From Syntrophales bacterium (GTDB taxonomy: Bacteria; Desulfobacterota; Syntrophia; Syntrophales; UBA6109), in NCBI GenBank assembly GCA_035366835.1, contig DAOSIS010000005.1:52-64051 (forward strand): a stretch of DNA of 64,000 bases, given 5' to 3'. Position 1 is the stretch's first letter, and each line of letters starts with the position of its first letter. The position numbers and the translations under genes were made by a program. The notes below the pieces were generated by a model. The model worked only from the letters and a program-made list of their open reading frames with translations. It was not told the DNA's origin and did no database searches. Shown in pieces: positions 46,665 to 53,879 of this stretch.

Positions 46665-48461
46665 ATGGGAAACAAGCTGCAAATCTCTGCAACGCTGAAC
46701 TGTGATGTCCTGATCGTCGGAGCCGGGGGCGCGGGTCTTCGCTGCGCCGCGCACCTTCTCGAACACAAGCCGAACTTGAAGATTTTCGCGGTGACGAAGG
46801 TGTCGCACCCGCAGAAGTCCCACACGAGCACGGCCCAGGGCGGGCTGGCCGCCGTGGATCCGAAGGACAAGACGGACAAGCCGATCTACCACATGTTCGA
46901 TACCTGGAAGGGCGGGGACTGCTCTTCCGACCAGGACGTGGTCAAGAAGATCGTCGAGGGCGGCTGGGACGAGATCCGCTGGCTGGAGGGCCGCGGGATG
47001 CACCTGAGCCGGGACGAGGAGGGAAACATCAGCAAGCGCCAGTTCGGGGGGCACACCAACGAATTCGGCAAGGGAGACGTGTTCCGCGCCGTCTTCGAGG
47101 CCGACCGGACGGGCAAGGGCATGATGGACACGGCCTGGGGCGAGGCGCTCAAGCACGGGTCGGTCTTCATCAATTCCGCGGTCGTCACGGAGCTCCTCTT
47201 CAACGAGGGGTGCTGCGTCGGCGCGGTGCTCTACAAGATCCGGGACGGCGAATTCGTCACGGTGCTGGCGAAGGCGACCGTTCTGGCGACGGGCGGCTCG
47301 GGTCAGGTTTTCCGGATCACGACGAACTGCCGCGGCAACACGGGCGACGGCATCGCCGTGGTTCTCCGTGCCGGACTGCCGGTCATGGACCCCGAGGCCG
47401 TCCAGTTTCACCCGACGGGGATCGTGGGGCCGGGGATCCTGGCCAGCGAGGCCCTGCGGAGCGAAGGCGGGATCCTGCGCAACAAGGACATGGAGCCGTT
47501 CATGGACCGCTACGCCCCGAAGATGAAGAACCTCGCGCCCCGGGACATCGTGGCCCGCTCCATCGAGACGGAGATCCGGGAAGGCCGTGGCATCATGAAC
47601 CCCGACCACCAGATCGAGCACGTCTGGATCGACCTGCGGCATCTGCCGGACTACGTCCACGAAGTGAAGCTCAAGGAAGTGGCGAGCTTCTTCAAGACTT
47701 ACGCCAATCTGGATTCGCGCACGCAACTCTGCCCGGTGCGTCCTTCCAACCACTACCACATGGGAGGCATTCCGACCAACGCCTTCGGGGAGGTCCAGGG
47801 CGACAGCGGCCGGATCGTGCCGGGCCTCTTCGCCGTGGGGGAATGCGCCTGTGCGAGCTTCCACGGATTCAACCGCCTGGGCACCAACTCCCTGCTGGAA
47901 CTCCTGACGATGGGCCGGTACGTGGGAGAGCGCGTCGAGACCTATCTTTCGGAAAAGCCGATTTCCGCCCCCAAGGGCGCGGGCGAGGCGAGCCTGTCCC
48001 TGTTCTCGTCGTATCTGTCGGGAACGGGGAAGGAGAACGTCGGGCGGGTCCGTCTGGAGATGCGCGACATGATGACGCGCAAGGTCGGCGTTTTCCGGCA
48101 CGAAAAGGGCGTCTCCGAAGCGATCCAGGAGTTGATGGCGTTCAAGGAGCGGGCGGGGAAGACGTCGGTATCGGTCCGGGATGCGAGATGGAACCAGGAA
48201 TTGCTCGAGCGGTGGGAACTGGACAACCTGCTGGACAATGCCATGACCATGGCCCAGGGGGCGCTGCTCAGGAAGGAATCGCGCGGCGCGCATTTCCGTG
48301 AGGACTACCCGGTGCGCAGCGACGAGTTCCAGTACCATACCCTCGTGTCCATGACCGAATTCGGCAAGGTGACCTTCGGGAGGCGTGCCATCGACATGAG
48401 CCTCTTCAACGCCAAGGACGAATACTCCGAGCACTTCAAGATCATCCCGAGGAAGTATTGA
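46665..48461 (+). CDS. succinate dehydrogenase/fumarate reductase-type flavoprotein subunit (paralogue 1, Gln-type)
   Basis: 598 aa; DVLIVGAGGAGLR, FAD-linking SHTSTAQGG, FHPTG, LRSEGG, HYHMGG, NRLGTNSL, ESRGAHFREDYP. Internal ATG of ORF 45915..48461 after AAGGGGGA. Confidence 0.9.
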   Translation: MGNKLQISATLNCDVLIVGAGGAGLRCAAHLLEHKPNLKIFAVTKVSHPQKSHTSTAQGGLAAVDPKDKTDKPIYHMFDTWKGGDCSSDQDVVKKIVEGGWDEIRWLEGRGMHLSRDEEGNISKRQFGGHTNEFGKGDVFRAVFEADRTGKGMMDTAWGEALKHGSVFINSAVVTELLFNEGCCVGAVLYKIRDGEFVTVLAKATVLATGGSGQVFRITTNCRGNTGDGIAVVLRAGLPVMDPEAVQFHPTGIVGPGILASEALRSEGGILRNKDMEPFMDRYAPKMKNLAPRDIVARSIETEIREGRGIMNPDHQIEHVWIDLRHLPDYVHEVKLKEVASFFKTYANLDSRTQLCPVRPSNHYHMGGIPTNAFGEVQGDSGRIVPGLFAVGECACASFHGFNRLGTNSLLELLTMGRYVGERVETYLSEKPISAPKGAGEASLSLFSSYLSGTGKENVGRVRLEMRDMMTRKVGVFRHEKGVSEAIQELMAFKERAGKTSVSVRDARWNQELLERWELDNLLDNAMTMAQGALLRKESRGAHFREDYPVRSDEFQYHTLVSMTEFGKVTFGRRAIDMSLFNAKDEYSEHFKIIPRKY

Positions 48462-48497
48462 ATGAAGGCTTCTTCGCCGCAAATACAGGAGGAAGGT

Positions 48498-49208
48498 ATG
48501 TCCAAGATCTTCTCGCTGACCCTGACGATCAAGCGCTACGATCCCGATGCGGAGAAAACCTGGTTCCAAACCTACAAACTGGAGGCGGGGGGCATCCTGC
48601 GCTTCGTCGATCTGTTCCGGAGAATCAACGTGGAGCAGGACGCCACGCTGAGCTGGGCGTCCTCGTGCGAACACGGGCAGTGCGGGAGCTGTTCCGTGAA
48701 GATCAACGGCCGGCCGATGCTGGCCTGCGAGCTTCTGGTGGAAAACGCCGTCGAGCTGTTCGGCACCACGGAATTCAAGATCGAGCCCGTGACGGTCGCT
48801 CCGGTGATCCGGGACCTGGTCGTGGATTGGGAAAAGGCCTACGAACGGGTCCACCGCGCGAAACCCTACGTGATTTCGCCCAAGCAGCTTCCGCCCGGCG
48901 TCACGGAGCACGTCATTTCCCCGCAGGAAATCGCCAGGTACGAAGACGCCACGCGCTGCATCAACTGCTTCTGCTGCGCCACCGCCTGCATCAGCTCCCA
49001 CAGGAGCTTCATCGGCCCCAATGCCGCCATGGCCAGCATCGTGCGCATGATGGATACGAGGGAAACGGCGAAGGAGGAAAGACTGGATCTCCTGTACAGC
49101 GAAGAGGGGGTCTACCGCTGCCACACCTCGAAGGCCTGCACGCACGTCTGCCCCAAGAAGATCGACGTGGCCCACTTCATCGCCCTGGCGAAGGAAGGGG
49201 AGTTTTGA
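48498..49208 (+). CDS. complex II iron-sulfur subunit (paralogue 1)
   Basis: 236 aa; [2Fe-2S] SCEHGQCGSCSVKINGRPMLAC, then CINCFCCATAC and CHTSKACTHVCP clusters. ATG after AGGAGGAAGG. Confidence 0.9.
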   Translation: MSKIFSLTLTIKRYDPDAEKTWFQTYKLEAGGILRFVDLFRRINVEQDATLSWASSCEHGQCGSCSVKINGRPMLACELLVENAVELFGTTEFKIEPVTVAPVIRDLVVDWEKAYERVHRAKPYVISPKQLPPGVTEHVISPQEIARYEDATRCINCFCCATACISSHRSFIGPNAAMASIVRMMDTRETAKEERLDLLYSEEGVYRCHTSKACTHVCPKKIDVAHFIALAKEGEF

Positions 49209-49279
49209 TCGCTCGGGTGACCTGACTGCGGAGAGGCGATCGACGCCGCCCGCCGAACTTCGGAACAGGAGGGAAGACC

Positions 49280-50629
49280 ATGCCGAAGGAAATTCTCGCC
49301 GACCAACTGGCAAAATATTTCTGCGGGCTTCGCTTCGAAGACCTGGGAAAAGAGCATGTCGCCAACATGAAGGGGTACATCCTGGACTGGCTGGGTTCGG
49401 CCTACGCGGGCAGGGATCTGCCGCCGGTCCGGATGATGCGGAGCGTCGCCGGTAGTCTCGGCGGCAAGCCGGAGTCGACCTCCATTCCCGACGGCACCAA
49501 GACCAGCTGCATCCTGGCGGCGCTGGTGAACGGCGCGACATCCCACGTCGTCGAGATGGACGACCTGCACCGGGAGTCGATCCTTCATCCGGCCTGCGCC
49601 ATCCTTCCCGCGGTCCTCGCCCTTGGGGAGCGGCAGCACGCCCCGGGCAGGGATCTGATCCTTGCGGCCTCCGCCGGCTACGAAGTGGGCATCCGCGTGG
49701 CCCTGGCCGTGGGGACGAGCCATTACTACTCCTGGCATACGACGGCGACCTGCGGGACCTACGGCGCGGCGGCGGGTGCGGCCAAGCTGCTGGGCCTCGA
49801 CGAGGATCAATTCGCATGGGCCCTGGGGTCGGCGGGAACGCAGGCGGCCGGACTCTGGGAATTCCTGGTGGAATGCGCCATGAGCAAGCAGCTCCACCCG
49901 GGCAAGGCGGCGATGAACGGTCTCCTGGCGGCCCTGCTGGCGAAGGAGGGGTTCACGGGCGCACGCAGGATCCTGGAAGGCGAGAAGGGGTTCTTCCGCG
50001 CCACGTCGAAGAACTTCGATGAGGGCAAGTGCACGGCGGACCTCGGAAAGGTCTTCCACGGCGACCGCAATTCCATCAAGTACCACGCCTCCTGCGGTCA
50101 CACCCACTCCGCCATCGACGCCGTGCAGCTGGCCACCGGCGGCAGGACCCTGAAAGCGGCGGAGGTCGCGGACGTCCGCATCCAGGTTTATCAGGCGGCG
50201 ATCGACCTCCTGGGGAACGTCGAGGCGAAGTCGCCGTACCTCGCGAAATTCAATCTGCCGTTCTGCATCGCCACGGCGCTGCTCTTCGGGCACGTCCGGC
50301 TGGACGATTTCAGCGAAGCGCGCCTGGCCGACGCCGAGATCCGGAACCTGATGTCCAAGGTTTCTTTCACGGTCGATCCCGAATTGACGAAGGCCTATCC
50401 GCGCAAGTGGCCCGCCCGCGTGACGATCACCCTTGCCGACGGTCGGAAGCTGGAGGCCTGCAACGAATACCCGAAAGGCGATCCGGAAAATCCCCTGACG
50501 GCGTCCGAACTGGTCGCGAAATTCAAGAGCCTTACCGCCGGGATTCTCTCCGGGGCGCAGGCAGACCGGATCGTCGAGAAGGTGATGAATCTGGAAAAGA
50601 TCGCCGATGCAAACGAACTGCTCTCGTGA
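49280..50629 (+). CDS. MmgE/PrpD family protein (2-methylcitrate dehydratase-like)
   Basis: 449 aa; ...LDWLGSAYAG...ALVNGATSHVVEMDDLH...HPACAILPAVLALGE... family pattern. Substrate unknown. Confidence 0.85.
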   Translation: MPKEILADQLAKYFCGLRFEDLGKEHVANMKGYILDWLGSAYAGRDLPPVRMMRSVAGSLGGKPESTSIPDGTKTSCILAALVNGATSHVVEMDDLHRESILHPACAILPAVLALGERQHAPGRDLILAASAGYEVGIRVALAVGTSHYYSWHTTATCGTYGAAAGAAKLLGLDEDQFAWALGSAGTQAAGLWEFLVECAMSKQLHPGKAAMNGLLAALLAKEGFTGARRILEGEKGFFRATSKNFDEGKCTADLGKVFHGDRNSIKYHASCGHTHSAIDAVQLATGGRTLKAAEVADVRIQVYQAAIDLLGNVEAKSPYLAKFNLPFCIATALLFGHVRLDDFSEARLADAEIRNLMSKVSFTVDPELTKAYPRKWPARVTITLADGRKLEACNEYPKGDPENPLTASELVAKFKSLTAGILSGAQADRIVEKVMNLEKIADANELLS

Positions 50630-50693
50630 GCGGCTTTTCCCGTTCCGGATTGCGAGTCCGGCGGATGAAAAATGAAGACTGAGGAGGTATGTC

Positions 50694-51581
50694 ATGGCCG
50701 GGAAAGAATTGCACGGCATCTTCCCCTATCTCGTCACACCCCTGGATGAACAGGGACACCTCAAGGAGCAGGTGCTGGCCGATGTCGTCGATCACCTCAT
50801 CCGTCAGGGCGTCCACGGCGTCACGCCGCTGGGCAGCACCGGCGAGGCCCCCTATCTGGACTGGGCGACGAGAAAGAAAACCGTGGAGGTTGTCGTGAAC
50901 GCCGCGGCCGGGCGCGTCCCGGTCGTCGCGGGGATCTGCAACATGTCGACACCGGGGGCCGTGCGTGAGGCCGTGGAAATCGAGAAACTGGGCGTCGACG
51001 GCATCCTGACCATCATGCCCAGCTACTTCCCCTTGGGAGAGCCGCAGGTCGTCGGCCACTTCCGCGCCATCGCCAAGGCCGTGAACTGCCCCATCACGCT
51101 CTACACCAATCCGAAATTCCAGACCTGGGACTTCACGGTGGATGCGTTGAAGCAGCTCGCCGAGGAACCGAACATCCAGTACCTGAAAGATGCTTCCGGA
51201 AACGTCGGGAAGATCATGTCCATTGTCTCCACGCTCGGCAGCCGGATCAAGATCTTCAGCGATACCTCTTCCGTCCCGCTGTTCATGTTCCTGATCGGGG
51301 GCGCCGGCTGGATGTCGGGGCCCGCCTGCATCATACCGAAGCAGAGCATCGAGCTCTACGAAACGGCGAGGCAGAAGAGATGGGAGGAGGCGGCGCAGCT
51401 GCAGATCAAGCAGTGGCCCATGAACGTCGCCTTCCAGCGGTTCTCCCTGTCGGCCTGCGTGAAGGCGGGTCTGGAAATGCAGGGATTTCCCGTAGGGCCC
51501 CCCATGCCGCCGCAAAAGCGGCTGAACCCCGAGGAGAGAAAGGCCCTGGAAAAGATCCTCCGGGACATCGGCGCGCTGTAA
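50694..51581 (+). CDS. DapA/NAL-family class I (Schiff-base, pyruvate-type) aldolase or dehydratase
   Basis: 295 aa; GIFPYLVTPLDEQG, LGSTGEAPYL, IMPSYFP, candidate Schiff-base Lys in IQYLKDASGN. Not obviously a true dihydrodipicolinate synthase. Confidence 0.8.
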   Translation: MAGKELHGIFPYLVTPLDEQGHLKEQVLADVVDHLIRQGVHGVTPLGSTGEAPYLDWATRKKTVEVVVNAAAGRVPVVAGICNMSTPGAVREAVEIEKLGVDGILTIMPSYFPLGEPQVVGHFRAIAKAVNCPITLYTNPKFQTWDFTVDALKQLAEEPNIQYLKDASGNVGKIMSIVSTLGSRIKIFSDTSSVPLFMFLIGGAGWMSGPACIIPKQSIELYETARQKRWEEAAQLQIKQWPMNVAFQRFSLSACVKAGLEMQGFPVGPPMPPQKRLNPEERKALEKILRDIGAL

Positions 51582-51624
51582 TCTCCACTGTGCGACGCAA
51601 ACCGGACCGTTCTGTCGGACTGAA

Positions 51625-51664
51625 GGAAGAGCCGGGTGGACCGTCTGACCCACCGGGCTCTTCC
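51625..51664. terminator. bidirectional hairpin between convergent genes
   Basis: GGAAGAGCCGGGTGG ... CCACCGGGCTCTTCC (15-bp stem, 1 mismatch) between the + strand aldolase gene and the - strand lipoprotein gene. Confidence 0.55.
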
Positions 51665-51692
51665 TGTCCGCGGTGGATTCTTTCGGTGACGG

Positions 51693-53000
51693 CTACGGAA
51701 GGCCGGCCAGCTTTCTCGCCAGGGACGGCACGCCGTTGAGCAGTTCCTCTTCCTTGCCCATCGAGCTTCTCAGCGATCCGATGCCGAGCGTTCCCAGCGA
51801 CTGGATGTCCGTCCGCTTCGCCTGAAGGACGTACAGGCTGCCGAGCACCGCCAGCTTTCCCGTCACCGTTTCGTTGGCCGCCAGCCACTTTCCCATTTGG
51901 ACGGCCTGGCCTTCGTCGATCATTCCCGATTGCTGAAGTTTCAACTCCTCCATCACCTGGACGATATTCTCCCGGTTCACGAGCAGGAACTTGCCCAGTT
52001 CGTGGAGTTCCTCACGCAACGCCTCGGTCAGAATCATGGCGACGACATTGAGCTGTTCGCCGGCGTCGAAGTCGTACACGACGAGACGGCTTTTTCCCGT
52101 CGTACCGGCCTGGTGCTCTTCGAGCATGGCCTGGAGACCGGGGGGGATTTCATCCTTTGCCGGCTTGTCCGTCCGAAGGTCCGCCCTCCTTTCTGGCGGC
52201 GGTGCCGCAGGGGCAGGGGGCGACGGTGTCTTGGACGGCGCCTTCTCCGGAGCGGGGACGGGCTGCAGCAAATCGCGTTCGGTCGGCTTTGCCTCCTCCA
52301 CGGGCCGGGCGGATGAGGCCGGGGGCGTCCTCTCCACGGCGGGCAGGGGCGGCCGTTCCGGCGCTTTCGGGTCCGTCCCCCCGGGAACCGCTTTTCCCTT
52401 CCGGACCGCTGTCGCGAACATGTCTCCCTTGGCCGCCATGAACAGCTTCCGATAGGCATTCCGCATCATTTCCTGCGAGCGGGCCACGCCCTCCGCAAAG
52501 GATTCGCCTACGGTCGTGGTTGAAGCGATGCTTTCCCGGAAGATCCTGCCGGAAGAGAGGCTGATGATGATCTGCTCGGCGGATAAGACGCTCCTTACGG
52601 GGAACTTGCGTTCGAAGATGTTGATGTAGTCCGCATGCAGGGCGCGGCCGACGTCCTTGGCCAGCTTCCAGTTGCCAGCGGACCATCGCCACCCCTCGAT
52701 GTCCTGATTCCCCAACACGGCGGCGACCTCGTCCCGGGGGATGACCTGGTAGAATCCTTTCATCTGCAGCGTTCTGGAAACGTGCCGATATTGGTTATCG
52801 GAGAAGTCCTTGTCCGACACGGGCCATGCGCCGGCCGGATGAGGCGTGGAGGTGACCGGAAGCACGAAGACGCGGAGCTTCGCCGTCGGCGGCGGTGCCG
52901 GAAGCGTATTCAACCGGATTTCCGAGCATCCCGCGAGGATGGCGGTAAGGCACATCGTCAAAAGGGAGGCAACCGCCAGGCGCGGAAACGGCTCCTTCAT
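51693..53000 (-). CDS. two-domain lipoprotein with Pro-rich linker; the C-terminal domain is, by sequence impression only, LpoB/CsgG/FlgO-like
   Basis: Lipobox LTAILAGC|SE after MKEPFPRLAVASLLTM. About 90-aa Pro/Ala/Glu linker (PERPPLPAVERTPPASSARP...PSPPAPAAPPPERR). C-terminal SRLVVYDFDAG...NVVAMILTEALREEL...LVNRENI...ELKLQQSG. Start is the internal ATG of ORF 51693..53081. Confidence 0.7.
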   Translation of the reverse strand: MKEPFPRLAVASLLTMCLTAILAGCSEIRLNTLPAPPPTAKLRVFVLPVTSTPHPAGAWPVSDKDFSDNQYRHVSRTLQMKGFYQVIPRDEVAAVLGNQDIEGWRWSAGNWKLAKDVGRALHADYINIFERKFPVRSVLSAEQIIISLSSGRIFRESIASTTTVGESFAEGVARSQEMMRNAYRKLFMAAKGDMFATAVRKGKAVPGGTDPKAPERPPLPAVERTPPASSARPVEEAKPTERDLLQPVPAPEKAPSKTPSPPAPAAPPPERRADLRTDKPAKDEIPPGLQAMLEEHQAGTTGKSRLVVYDFDAGEQLNVVAMILTEALREELHELGKFLLVNRENIVQVMEELKLQQSGMIDEGQAVQMGKWLAANETVTGKLAVLGSLYVLQAKRTDIQSLGTLGIGSLRSSMGKEEELLNGVPSLARKLAGLP

Positions 53001-53017
53001 GGAACGCTCCTTGGACG

Positions 53018-53437
53018 CTATTTCACGAGCATCACCGGTGACGGGCACAGCAGCACCACCTTGTAGCTGATGGTGCCCCATCCCTGCGTCAGGTCTTTCG
53101 GATCGATGCGGTGGGAATTCATGACGACGACGTCCACCTTCCGGGCGGTCACATATTTCAGGATTTCCTTGACGCGGTCGCCGAAAATGATCTCTTTGCG
53201 GACGCTGACGGAGGTTTTCTTGGAAGAAGCCGCCAGTTTGTCGAGCGCACGTTCGGCGCGTTTTTCCATTTTGCGGTAAAAGCTTTCAAGCTCGGAGAAC
53301 TCCACATCGGCGACAGTCTGTATCACGTGGAGCAGCGTCAGGGAAGCGCCGGAGCATGCGGCCATCCGCATTGCGACGTCGATGGCCTTCTTGTTCTTGT
53401 TCGAAAAATCTACGGGGACCAGAATGTGCTGAAACAT
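53018..53437 (-). CDS. universal stress protein (UspA family)
   Basis: 139 aa; MFQHILVPVDFSNKNKKAIDVA...LTLLHV...VVVMNSH...GWGTISYKVVLLCPSPVMLVK. Confidence 0.88.
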   Translation of the reverse strand: MFQHILVPVDFSNKNKKAIDVAMRMAACSGASLTLLHVIQTVADVEFSELESFYRKMEKRAERALDKLAASSKKTSVSVRKEIIFGDRVKEILKYVTARKVDVVVMNSHRIDPKDLTQGWGTISYKVVLLCPSPVMLVK

Positions 53438-53493
53438 GGCCGTCTGAACCTCCTCTTCAATCCACCGAACGTTTTGGGTGCGCGGTGATCGTC

Positions 53494-53522
53494 ATTATAA
53501 GAGCAAGAGCGATCCGATGCAA
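53494..53522 (-). promoter_or_regulatory. sigma-70 promoter of the usp gene
   Basis: On the minus strand: TTGCAT, 17 nt, then TATAAT, about 57 nt upstream of the usp ATG. Confidence 0.65.
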
Positions 53523-53581
53523 TAACGACTATCGGCCTGCGAACCAAACCGAAATTCCGGATCGGGCGCCGCGAAATATGA

Positions 53582-53623
53582 TGGTAAAAAAGATTTACCA
53601 CACCTGGTAAAAGATCATTACCA
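53582..53623. promoter_or_regulatory. two tandem 19-bp palindromic operator-like sites
   Basis: TGGTAAAAAAGATTTACCA (53582-53600) and TGGTAAAAGATCATTACCA (53605-53623). Both fit TGGTAA-N7-TTACCA; centres are 23 bp apart. They lie in the divergent usp / malic-enzyme control region. Confidence 0.55.
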
Positions 53624-53718
53624 TCAGATGGACACCCACAGGCCATGTTCATAAAAAAATAAATATAATTAAATATTTAAAAGTATTTTGTGGCCGGAGA
53701 CGAACGCCCCTTTTTTTC

Positions 53719-53745
53719 TTGACTATTGCATTTCATTATTATAAA
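53719..53745 (+). promoter_or_regulatory. candidate sigma-70 promoter for the malic enzyme operon
   Basis: TTGACT, 15 nt, then TATAAA. The spacing is sub-optimal, so this is tentative. Confidence 0.3.
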
Positions 53746-53879
53746 AGGTCAATGCTTTTATACAATGCGTATATGTTCATGACGACAGAATTCGCAAAAA
53801 CAATTCACCCAGCCCATTTCCCAACGTTCAGCACGAGTCTTTGAATCCTAATTCTTCTGAGAGAAAGGAGCACCCCAGC

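Noticed and set aside
46644-49817. 1057-aa minus-strand ORF spanning sdhA-1, sdhB-1 and the start of the PrpD-like gene
   Set aside because: It crosses three well-supported plus-strand genes and their intergenic gaps. Its composition is Arg/Pro/Gly-rich junk, so it is a shadow ORF.
53641-53700. Extremely AT-rich tract considered as a replication-origin unwinding element, an integration scar or a mobile-element end
   Set aside because: No DnaA-box clusters, no direct repeats flanking a cargo, and no integrase, transposase or tRNA nearby. It is most simply promoter-architecture DNA in a divergent control region, and is reported as such.
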